DNA of 64,000 nucleotides from Adineta vaga (lineage: Eukaryota; Animalia; Rotifera): contig CP075494.1 of NCBI GenBank assembly GCA_021613535.1, positions 15,004,001-15,068,000 on the forward strand, in the 5' to 3' direction. Both the position numbers and the translations under genes were made by a program. Below are positions 26,507 through 38,387 of the stretch, one piece after another. The number at the start of each line of letters is the position of its first letter. Position 1 is the first letter of the stretch. Below the pieces are notes generated by a model. The model was not told where the DNA came from. It made no database searches and saw only the letters and a list, made by a program, of their open reading frames with translations.

Positions 26507-29481
26507 GATGTGTTGATGTTGTTATATGTATGTGTGTATATATGTCGTTGGAGGACGGACGAGAAAAAGAGGACGCCTTTAAGTCCCGGACTTCCTTAAA
26601 ATCGTGTCGACGGCCGACAAAGAAAAAAGAAAAACTTTTTACGGAAATGCAATGGACGATTAAGAGAGATTCAATCTCCGTTGTCACTGTCGTTTGATTT
26701 CTTCTTGTGGAAGTTGACGACAACGTTCAAGTAGTAATGACGAATGAGGAGCAGAAGGAAGCAGGAACTGAGCCTTTTCCGTCTCTCTCTCTCTTTTTTC
26801 TCTCATTTCTCTCATAAAAAAAATCATTTCATCAATGCATGCGTATGTCTATACATCCAATGAAAAATTTTCACCAATCATAATGATTCCTTCTGCTATT
26901 CTGATGAATCTATCAAACATTCGTTCTCTTTCTTTTTCTCGTTCAATATCAACTCTCTGATTGGATGAATAGTATTCATCGATTGAGAAAAATAATAATC
27001 ATAAATGACAAGGTTTTACGTGAGAAGATTTTTTTAGTTTTGAATAAATCTATTCATAATCAAATTCAATTTGATCATGTCCGAAATGAACTTCTTTTGT
27101 TCATTTGTTTTGACGACAACGGAAGTCACTGTCTCCTAGCGGTTTTTTTCTCTTTCTTCGTTTGCTTTTTTTTTCTATTCCGTACTCATACTATCTATTC
27201 TTTACTAGACAAAGTTCAAGCATCAATAGTTATTTCCTGTAAAGGAATTGAATGCACTGCATTTGCTCTATCTCTCCCGGGCTATTATTCTATCCGCTAG
27301 CATGTTTGGAAGTCTCTCTAGTTGTGTGAGTACGTCGAGAAAATTGATTTCCGACATGATCGTAATGCTGTCTATTAGAGTTCGAAAGACTACGAAGGTA
27401 TTCTAAGCATGAAATGTAATCTAACAGATGAGTGAGAAATGAAGAAAAGTTAGTCAATATTAGAAGAGAAGAAAATGTAAATTAACAAGAATGACAATAT
27501 AGGTGGAAGAATGATGTCTTCAGACTGCATACGAAATGAGAGACATTTCCGTTGATGTTAGTTAAGAAGCTTTTTGACTTGTGTGTTGAATGTCAATAAC
27601 ATTTCTGTTAATTATTCAAGAGCAAATTTAATATATATATAAACTAAATTCTCTTTTACGAAATCTTTTCCCCCTCTTGATTTAATTAACTTTCATTTTC
27701 TCAGCCATTGACATGTATATTGATTTTATCATCCAATCATTGTATGTATACACATGCATCGATATCAGTTAATCGTCTTCTTCTTCTTCTATTGCATAAT
27801 CAACATTGTTATCGATCATTATTATCGATATCACGTCAATATGAGACCTGCCCAACCCATCAAATATTAGTTTCCTGGACACGCGATCATGCAGGTGATT
27901 TATTTTTAAATATCTCAGCTAATTAGGGTAGCTGTTTGTCTTCTACTAAAAATGATGATGATGATGATAATGATGATTTTCTTCTTGAAAAAGAAAAGAC
28001 GTTTGATCTGTGAATAAAATAATAGGCTTTCTTCTTTGTTGTTCTATATAAAGAGAAGATGATGGAGGAAATACCTTTACATTCAAGTGTAAATAATGCC
28101 CTATTAAAAATTTGCTTCAATGAATAAAGAGAAAGAAATAATTATGGCACGTGTTGGAATTTCCTTTTTTTCCGATCAAGAAGGAGACAAAGGTACGCGT
28201 GCGAGCGGCGAATATATATACTAAATTGCTCTTGCATCACGGCTGATTGACAGACGACGACTACAACAATATTGTTCGTTGATGAACAACACGCACTAAT
28301 CATTCAATCAATCGATCCAAGGTCAACTGAACACTACAGGCGGTCGACATTCTCAGAATAGATTTCAACATATAATTTAACTGTACTGATGAGCTTTATC
28401 TTCGAGGATTTGATTAGCACGTGTGTATAGAGATTTATTTGATGAACAATAAGAAGAAGCAGATGCCGACCGACATCGAAACGGAAATGCAATGGGAGAA
28501 AGTTTGACAATATTCATCATGTCGTATCACGTTCAATAGATGGTTCGTGATAAGTCATTTGATATGTATTCATAAGAATAACTTTGCCTTAAGTAAAAAA
28601 ATGAAGGAAGGTGGAACAGATTTGATTTGATTTCATTATTAGCAATAATGTTCATTCTATTCGATGATTTATTTAGGGCAGTCAACTGAAAGAGTAAGAA
28701 ACTCCACCTCCTTTTTCTTTTTTTTTGGAATGTCTTGTACAAATGAATGCAATGATACGGAATAGTTTATCATCTGCTGATGTTAATCAAACTTATCAAT
28801 CGAAAAAGTGAGAGCCTAATCGGATTTTATGATATCGTTGCTATGTGACAAGACACAAGAGAATTGAAAGATTGAATATTTTCTAAAAATTGAATTCGAT
28901 TTCGAAGAGGAAATCGACCGCTAACATCAAATACGAACATGGACGTTTGATCGGTTCATTGAGAATATTTTATGTCATTTTACTGAATCAATAACACGTT
29001 TACTGTTGCTTTCTTCGTTTGTCTTTCGATAAAACGTGTGAAAATACATTAGATAAAATAAAATAAAAACGAAAGACATCTTAGTTCAATATTATTTTGC
29101 TCAATCGTGTTGATCGTCTTATGACACCAATGATCCACGACGATGACGACAGTCAGTCAGCTGTCTGTCTTTATCCATCATGACGAACAAATGTACATTG
29201 ACATAGACGTGTGACTACCGGTGTTCGCTCACAAATGAACATCGACACACACTTAACTGAAAATGCGATTATTTAGAAAGTAAATATCGGTACATCATGA
29301 GTGAAAAGAATCAATAAAATGAAACAAGTTTTTCTTTTTTTAACAGAAATATGTGAAAGAATTGAAACTGTGATTTTAATTGATTAAATGCAAATCGAAT
29401 GTATCGTAACAAATAATTTTCTTCGTATATTTTTATAGAATACAAATACTGATTGAATTAAACATGTGCAGTAATAATAGT

Positions 29482-30533
29482 CTAATGATTTGACTGTAAG
29501 AAAACCAAATGATGAAGTTGTTTGAATAATCGTTGAAAGAGTTCGAAACAAAATTTTCGAAAAGTAGCCGATGCCATTGTATATAAAAAGAAAGTTATCT
29601 AAAACAATTCGAATGACATGATGTATATTTTGTTAGTAGAAATCGTACTCCTGTATAGATGTAATGGAAATTTAAACCAATTCCATTTAAAAAATTTTCA
29701 ACTGCTTGTTGATTTGTTGTTTTTATTTGCCGTTGTGTAATTACTGCATAGATTGTATTATATCCATGAAGTGTATTGAAAACAAGATAAGCAAATACTT
29801 GTATGAGAGCTAATTTTATAAATTGAATATCTTTCTTTTTAAATCGTCCTCTTCTATGTACACCATCAGTAGTTACAGCTGTTCTTGTTACTGGATCGAT
29901 TCCTTGACGACCAATATGTAGAATATTACAAAGCAGTAGAAGACTAAATACGACTAAGATAATCAGAGGAGTAAGAGATAAAGCAACATTATAAATTGTA
30001 TAGAATACAAATAAATTTGATTCTATTGATGGACCACACATGATATTTTTAATTAAAATATATGCAAAAGGTACATGAATAGCCAGAAGAAGTATAACTA
30101 CAATACCTGTTATAATTAATCGACGAGCAGTTTTAAACGAACTTATTCGACGAATAACCGCACTTCTTGATGTGATCATCCATCGATCAATTGAGATTAG
30201 ACAAAGAAAGTAACGAGAAATAGTAAGACCAGTAATTACAAGATAAATTCGAATTTTACAGAAAATGTCTGAAATTAAACTGAGATCATATCCTGTCCAT
30301 CCCCAAATCATACGTGTTGAACATCCCATATTCAAATATAAAAGATGTGCAATAGATGCGCCAATAAAATAATATGAACATACATGAGATCGAAGCGAAG
30401 ATTGAGAAAAGGCGACTATATTCACAAGATTATTCAAATTTCCGATAATAAATGTTGGTGTTAGTAATACTCGAACAAGTTGAATTTGAATATTCCCAAG
30501 ATATATCGAGAGGGGCACGGCCGTTGAATTCAT
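29482..30533 (-). CDS. Class A (rhodopsin-like) GPCR
   Basis: Seven hydrophobic segments, TM1 GN, CKIRIY, ISIDRW; final exon ITFFLYTMASATFRK after one intron. Confidence 0.88.
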
Positions 30534-31458
30534 ATTTTTCTTGTTAAAAGAAGATAAGTAGAGACTAAATTCAGTGCATAAATATCTAAGAAAAACAAAA
30601 GATTGATGAGATAATATAGAAACGGAAAAATATCTTTTGAAAAAAGTAAAATGTAATTTGTCGATAGAAACAAAGTTAGTTACTAACACATCCTGTTATT
30701 AAAAACAATTCTCTTTCTCTACTCATTCATCTATTCAAACTAGTCTTGTTCTTTGAACAAAACTTCATAATAATTAATAAACTCAGTATTCACTCAACTA
30801 ACAATATAACAAACAGCTTTGCTCATAATTGAAATATTCCACTAACATTTTCTCAGACAATCAAAATTTAAACAACATTCGTCATTTCATTTCGAATATA
30901 ATACTAAATATTACAAGATTTCCTTTTCATCATTCTTAAAGAGAATGTTATCTTGTTATTAGATGAAACTAAAGAAAAATAATTAGATAATTAAATTTGA
31001 AGAACATATTTCAATCTTCAATGAAATTTCATTATTTGTAGAACTTAGAGTATTAATAATATTCCCTATTATAAAAGACTTATTATTATATAATCTCCTT
31101 TTTCTTTTGTTAGAAAAGTAAAAGACATTATGATTTAGTATAAACAATAAAGTTAATTTTATTCGATAATTCAATTTAATCCCAATGACATATTCATTTA
31201 TTTAACTTCATAGTACAATGAAGTTGCGTTTGATCTCATCAAAGATTTTATATAAAAAAAAAAAAGAAAAGAAAATTAGACGACATCTTGTTGTCCATTT
31301 CAGTACGTGTAAATAAGTTAACAAAAGAGAACTGATTATGTAGTAAAATTGATCGTTTATTCATATTTCATTTTCTTTATAGATAATCATCTCTTACACA
31401 TGTTCAGTTACACGTATGTACTTTTGAGAAATGATAGAAGAGAAAAAGTTGTTTATGA

Positions 31459-32854
31459 TTATAAAGAAGTACATTGAAAAAGATCGTCATCATTATCGAT
31501 TTTTTCAGATTTAGAATGTTTCATTTGAGAATATCGTTCAATAGTTGATTCATTAAAATGAACTCGAGCGTTTCTTCTTGGATTTTGTTGATATTTCAAA
31601 TCATTTGAAATGGTATAAAATTTTGATAGGAGTGAATTTTCCATATGTAAATTCATTGCTGATATAGAATCTTGAGAATTATAGAGAGTTTTTGGTGTAT
31701 GTCGAATTCCGGATGATGAATTTCGTCGTTGATGATAATCATGAGATCGTCGTTTATGAAATTGTGTCGTTTGAAGAAACATCATTGTATCATTAATTGA
31801 ACGATGAATTGTTTTAATTTGTGAACGAAATAGAGAAAGATATTTTTCACACCAACGTAAATAAGTTTGATAACGTTGAGAGAAGTTATTCGGATGTTTT
31901 ACGAAATACATATTCAAACAATGTTGTAGATCAAGTTCAAGAAATGTATTAGTTTTCATATCAAATGCAATCATACGGCGATGATTATCGACAAGTCGAT
32001 GAACGGTTATTCGTCGAAATGGATATCCCATTGTTGTTGGATTATGATCTTCTAATGAACGACTAACGATAAGTTCGATTATAAGTGGATAATGTTGAAT
32101 TAATTGACTAAGAAAATGAATTGTATATAAACCTTGAATTGAATTTGAAAGATAGGATGAGAAGTTTAGAGAAGATACTGGTGAATAAACAGGTACGAAG
32201 ATTCCTTTAGAATCCGATTTCAACGTAAGAATTTCATGATGAAGATTAGATTTGACTTCGAAATGTTCATAAGTTGAAAGTTGTTTTCGAAGTGAAAATT
32301 TCGACTGATGATTCGATGATAAATGTTTATTAAGTGAATGGGGTAAACTAGCAAATAATGTACGTAAACGAATCGATGATGATGATGATGGTGTTGGCTT
32401 AGAACAACGTTCAAGAAGTGTACCTGGTTCTATACAATATTGAGTTGAATTATGATGCGCGATATGTGGTTTTAACGTTGTAAAATGTGATGATGACGAT
32501 TTTAAATGTGAAAATAAAGAATGAATGGATTGAAGGATATTATAACGAGTAATACCATGTTCGACTAGAGCAAAGAGACCTGAAATTCGATTGAAAAGAA
32601 ACACGAATTGTTTTTGTATTGAATTGAGTGAAATTAAACTCACCATCAAATGAAATTGGTATTGAAAATTGTTTCGTTTCATTTGATACACTTAAATAAG
32701 ATTCATTGGTTTCACAAAGTAAGATTAAATAATTGTCCGATGAATCGTTTTCACCAATTCGAACAAGACATGGTAATTTTTGTTGTTCAAGAATCTTTTC
32801 AAATGTTAACAATTCATCTTCAGTTGAACGTGGCGTTACTGCCCACTTTAACAT
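31459..32854 (-). CDS. CABIT-domain-like protein (THEMIS/GAREM-type)
   Basis: LPCLVRI and FSIPISFDG/LF motifs typical of CABIT; one intron joins the two long ORFs. Confidence 0.55.
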
Positions 32855-33464
32855 TCAAACAAAGAAATAATTATCAAGGAATCGAACGAAGGTCTTCAAA
32901 GAAACTAAATACCAATAAATCCTATTTGATTCTCTTTTTTTACCTATTCTTTCGAGAGAAATGTACGTTGTACGTGTCTTGTTATACTTTCTTTCTTTCT
33001 TTCTTTCTTTTTTTCTTCTTTCTTACATTCGCACGATTGCTCATTCTTTACTTTTTTTTCAGTTGTTTCAATATATATATATCAAAAAAAGGAAGGAAAT
33101 TATACCATTTTCTCGAATATATTACTGATAACCTTCAGTTCTTCTTGTTCGAACGGGATTATTTCACTTGAAAATATATACAAATGTTGTTTTTGCTCTT
33201 CGATCTTGACAGGTCAATTAATATTCACACACTTTAATCATAGGAGAAAACTTTTTATGACTATGTTTCTGATCAATAGAACATTATCTTCAAGGATATT
33301 TCTTTTCATGTGCATGTTTAATTGAACAATAAATGCATGTTAAAAAAGATTTATTTCAATGAAAATTGACATCGAGTTGAAATGTTATTCTTTTCTTTTT
33401 TATTTTATTAATTTAAAACAAAATATCGATCTTTTTTTTCTTCTTCTTCTTATTATTATTATTA

Positions 33465-33896
33465 TTAACATTTGAAGTCATTTGGTGTTAATTGGTTGGC
33501 ATCCATGGCTTGTTCGATGGTTTGAGCTATTGCTGATTGCATGGCTTCTCGACGAGTTTTAAAACCACGAGCTTTACCAATGATACCAGGTGCTTTTTCA
33601 TCACATTGAAATTTCGCATCCCAAACCCATTGATATTTACTACTCACATGACCTTTTATGACACGAGTACATTTTATATCACATATTGTTATGGGTTGAT
33701 CATCATACCATGTGTTCGCATTCCATATAAATGTGCTTAAACTAGTTGCACATTCTTTCCAATCACCAATATGACCTTCAATTTCACAAGTATCAGGAAA
33801 AGTATTTTTTTCTTCCGAAGAATTATCAATAAGTGTTAATGCACCTTGGATACTTAAACATAAAAGTATTCTAATAAACATTGATTGAATGAACAT
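33465..33896 (-). CDS. Secreted anti-lipopolysaccharide-factor (ALF/scygonadin)-like protein
   Basis: Signal peptide; C-x21-C loop CTRVIKGHVSSKYQWVWDAKFQC followed by IIGKARGFKTRREAMQSAIAQTIEQAMDANQLT, matching ALF architecture. Confidence 0.65.
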   Translation of the reverse strand: MFIQSMFIRILLCLSIQGALTLIDNSSEEKNTFPDTCEIEGHIGDWKECATSLSTFIWNANTWYDDQPITICDIKCTRVIKGHVSSKYQWVWDAKFQCDEKAPGIIGKARGFKTRREAMQSAIAQTIEQAMDANQLTPNDFKC

Positions 33897-34202
33897 GATT
33901 GAATCTATGAGGAAATTTGATGAAATTCTATATCTTGTATGATTTCACTAACCTGCTGCTACTCAATGTATCTCGTATACAAATGAAAGAATTTAAGTGA
34001 ATAATTGATATTTATAGGGTTTTTTTTCTTGTTTGCTTTTTGAACAAGTCGTGACTTTACTTTTTAAACGAACATATGGAATACTGATAACGATAAAAGT
34101 GATATCCGATTGTGTTTTCCAGATATGACTTTTCCACGGGTTTAATTTTTGAAGAAAACTTTGCTCAATGCTTTTGTTTTATTTTCCATTAACAATAGTA
34201 TC

Positions 34203-34275
34203 GGTTCGATGGTGTAGCGGTTATCACGTCTGCTTTACACGCAGAAGGTCGCGAGTTCAAACCTCGCTCGAACCT
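34203..34275 (+). tRNA. tRNA-Val (TAC)
   Basis: Acceptor GGTTCGA/TCGAACC, anticodon arm TCTGC-TTTACAC-GCAGA, T arm GCGAG-TTCAAAC-CTCGC, downstream T8 Pol III terminator. Confidence 0.96.
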
Positions 34276-34335
34276 CTCTCTCTTTTTTTTCTTCTCTCGC
34301 TTTTATTTAATATTTGATTAAAATCAAAACTCAAT

Positions 34336-34343
34336 TGACGTCA
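34336..34343. promoter_or_regulatory. Perfect CRE (TGACGTCA) upstream of the neuropeptide gene
   Basis: Palindrome ~470 bp upstream of ATG 34810; TATAAAA at ~34718. Confidence 0.4.
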
Positions 34344-34809
34344 AAAATTCATAGTTGAAATCAACCACCTACACATTTTCATGTATATTATTATCGAGAT
34401 TATCATGTATAATAAAAGAAAAAAATGAAGATGAAGTAGGAGAGTAGGAGGAAAATTATCGGGAAATAAACCTCGAGAAAGGTATGAACTCCCTAAAGAA
34501 CCATCAATCAACAATCATTAGAAAAAGATTACTTGTTTTCTTTTTTTCTTCGAAGTAAATACAAGGAAGTAAGAAAGAACAATCACGATCTCTCCTATTC
34601 CTCTGTTGATTAATATGATCATACATTTTCGAGAAGGTATTATCAAGCGTGATAATTTTCACTTGTCTACATGTCATGTTTCCCTTCTTCTTCTTCGATA
34701 CATTAGTTTTTGTTTCTTATAAAAAAACGAGAGAAAAAAAGTCAGCTTTCATTAAGTCGAAGAACTCTATAATAATAAACACATCTTATTCCAATTCTTC
34801 TCATATAAA

Positions 34810-35159
34810 ATGATTTCTCCAAAAGTTATCTTTTTAATTGCTTTCTTAGCAATCATTATGTTATTTGTTTGTCCTTCACAATCGATGCCAACAGATAATA
34901 CGAATTCGGATTTATCAACACGTCAGAAACGATGGACATTCAATACTTGGCGTCTACACGGTCGACGACAATTGCCCAATGGTTTGTTTTTCTTTGAAAG
35001 AAAGTTTCCGGTTTTCTTTTTTCAATCTTGAATTTGATAGATTATTCTACGCCGCAAAATCAAGTCTATCCATATCAAATTTACAGCGATGAAGATGAAC
35101 TTGTACGTCAAATACATGAACGTCTACTACAAGCTTTCCCTGAACTAAATCGTCATTAA
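34810..35159 (+). CDS. Neuropeptide precursor (predicted WTFNTWRLH-amide)
   Basis: Signal peptide, KR site, WTFNTWRLH, GRR amidation/cleavage signal, acidic tail after one intron. Confidence 0.85.
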
Positions 35160-35623
35160 AATAATAGAATAAAAGATCAATTTAAAGAAATAAAAATTTT
35201 GATTAACAAAAAATAAATTCAGCGGACTTTGATTTGAATTCTTTGTTATGTTTATCTTAATGTATACATGAATAAAAAAAAGAAAAGCAATGGAAGAACA
35301 GGAATAGATTTCGTCTGTTTAGAGTTATTTATAGAAATCGTACGAGAAGAAATGGGTTGAACTGAAATTAAATCTAAGGAAAAGGAGGTGAAATTTAGTC
35401 CAACGATAAATACGACATAGGAAAAAAAGATAATCAAGAATCTTAGAGACGTGATTATGATCTTTTGACTCATGTTAAACTTAACGAACAATATTTCAAG
35501 GTTTGTGTCAATACTCAACATTATCTTAGAATAATGAATGCAAGAAATTGTATACCAATGAAATTGATCTTAAGATCATATGATAATAAAAGTAACGAAA
35601 TTTTATTTTAAAACAAATCAAAA

Positions 35624-36034
35624 TTATAAATAAACACCTTGATCTTCAGATACTGTTTGTTGTTGATTGTTCATCAATTGATTTTTCTTTTCAATACATA
35701 AGCGTTTTTCTTCTTCTTCCATCTTTTTAAAATCCATTGCAATTGGTGGCCAATGAACTTCTTTCTCACCATCTTTATTCTCGTTAATTAATTGAAAGAT
35801 TTCATCGATCTTTCGATGATATTTCTCGATGATTTTCTCGTTTTCATCGATATATTCTTGTAATTGACTATCATCTTTTATATAATCTAAACAAGAACAT
35901 ACATTTTCTTTCAATTTCTTTCAACAAAAATTCATCTTCTTACCATACATTTCATTATTCGATTTCTGTAAATGATAACAACGTTTACATAAACCTTCGA
36001 CATCTTCCATGAGTTGACAAATCGGATCCGTCAT
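35624..36034 (-). CDS. Tma17/Adc17-like small coiled-coil protein
   Basis: Spliced: MTDPICQLMEDVEGLCKRCYHLQKSNNEMYDYIKDDSQLQEYIDENEKIIEKYHRKIDEI...EDQGVYL; HLQxSN and ENExxxxxYxxxxD motifs plus hydrophobic extreme C-terminus. Confidence 0.55.
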
Positions 36035-36180
36035 TATTCAAATTCTATATAAGATAGGCAAAATCAGATGTATACAATCAAAGAAAAGAAAAAAAATCAA
36101 TCTTATGTCGTTTATTTCGAAAATAAAGAACAATCTGAGAGCTCGGTTAGTATATACAGATGAAGAAAAAAAACAATCAA

Positions 36181-38028
36181 TTAATGTTGAGACCATTTGA
36201 TACTTCTTAAATCAACGCCTTCTTGAACCATTTCCCATAATGGACTACGAGAGAAAATAAAATACTTATACGTATTTCAAATAAAACATCAAACCTCATT
36301 TCGCGAAGTCGTTTAACATGTTGAACTGTCTTTGCAATTGTATAATCAATTTCTGCTTCGGTTGTAAAGCGACCTATACCAAATCTTTAGACGAAAAAAC
36401 AGTAAATTCGATGACAAATTAATAAGTGATTTTACCGAATCGATGAATGTGCTAAATCTTCTTCAGCACCAATGGCACGAAGAACATACGAAGGTTCCAA
36501 TGATGCAGATGTACATGCACTAAAGATCAAAATGATCGATTCAAAATCATAAAATATGAACTTAAAATATTACCTTCCAGATGATAATGCAATATCTTTC
36601 AATGCCATTAATAAGGATTCACCTTCGATATAAGCAAAGGATAGATTAACACAACCAGGATAACGTGATTCGGGATCACCATTAAGAAAAACATGTGAAC
36701 ATTGTTGTGTAATTCCATCAATTAATCGTCTTGCTAATTGTGTTACTCGTTTTTCATCATTCTAAAAATGGCAAAAATCTTCGTTTCATCTCAAAAGAAA
36801 TTCATTATTCGCTCACCAAAAGTTCTTCTTGAGCAATCTGACAAGCAGCACCCAGACCGACAACAAGAGGCGTAGGAACTGTTCCACTACGAATATTTCG
36901 TTCTTGTCCACCACCTGTCTGTATGGGATCAAGACGAACACGTGGTCGTCGACGAATATAAAGTGCACCGACACCTTTTGGTCCATAAATTTTATGTCCA
37001 CTGATCGATAAAAGGTCAATATTCATTTGATTAACGTCAATCGGAATCTTTCCAACAGCTTGAGCTGCATCCGTATGAAAAAAGACTTTTTTCGATCGAC
37101 ACATTTTACCTACGAAAAAACAAACCCGCAGATATAGAAGAATAACTCGAATAAAGTCGCATACCGATTTCTGCAATAGGTTGTCGAACACCAATTTCAT
37201 TGTTTATCATCATTATTGAACATAAACTTGTCTCTGGTGTAAGAACTGATTCCAATTCCTGAAAGTAATATTTATAACTAAGAAAATTCTTCAAACAATT
37301 TTACTTTTAAATCAATCAATCCATTTTTATTGACTGGAAGATAAGTGACTTTAAAACCTTCACTTTCTAAAACTCTCATTGAATCAAGTACACATTTATG
37401 TTCCTAAAGAGAAATGACATTTCTTACAAGAGAAACAAAAAGAAAGCAAATGAAATTTTACAGTTTGAGTGGTAACAGCATGTTTTTTCTTTTCCTTATA
37501 GAAACGACCGACACCTTTCACAGCAATATTATTCGATTCAGTTGCTCCACTAGTAAAAATAATTTCCTTCGGTTCAGCATTGATTAATTTTGCAACTTTC
37601 TAAATAAACAACGAACGAATTGTTTCGTTGATTGTAAGAAAATACATTACTTCTCGTGCATCTTCCGTTGCTTTTTCACTTTCCCATCCAAACGCATGTG
37701 TTCTTGAATGTGGATTTCCATATAAATGTGTCATATATGGTAACATTTGATCAAGTACACGTGGATCCTAATAATGAATTCACAAATATGAACATGAATA
37801 AGAAAGAAAACTTACCATTGGTGTTGTCGCTTGTGCATCTAAGTATAATGGTCGATATTGAAGTTTCTCTAATTCTTGATATTTTTGTTCTTTCGTTTTG
37901 CTCTCCTCATTTTCTTGTTGATCTTTTTCCGATAGATTACTTTTCAAGCTCAATCCACGACTGAGTCGATGAGTAATCGATGAAGAAATTAATGTTTTAA
38001 TCGAAGAATTTTTCGTAATAAAAAACAT
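36181..38028 (-). CDS. NFS1: Mitochondrial cysteine desulfurase
   Basis: [68 protein letters not shown]-terminus IKWSQH. Confidence 0.97.
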
Positions 38029-38387
38029 CTAAAACTGAGAAGTTTTTCATGAAGAAAAAGATACTTTTGGTAAAACTATTAACCTAAAATGAGCAATTTA
38101 TTTTATTAAAACCAAAATGGAAATTATTAGAAAGCACAAAATCACATTGAAAAACACTTGTCGTTGTCATTCAAGTCAAATAAATAAATCAACGAATAAA
38201 CATTGGTTTTCAAACAAAATAATTTTAACGAGTACAGTTCTATTTGATTAAAGCAAACTACAAGAAGAAGAAGAAGAATAACAATGATAAAATATATGTA
38301 TTTAGAATATGGGGTCTTTTTTTGAAAGATGTAAAACAGAAATAACAATTTGATAATTAATCAGGTAGGATTTATGTTTTGATTTTC

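Noticed and set aside
32650-33171. 173-aa Phe-rich ORF (similarly 44007-44271 and 26965-27300)
   Set aside because: Arises from T/A-rich non-coding or antisense sequence; no domain or splice support
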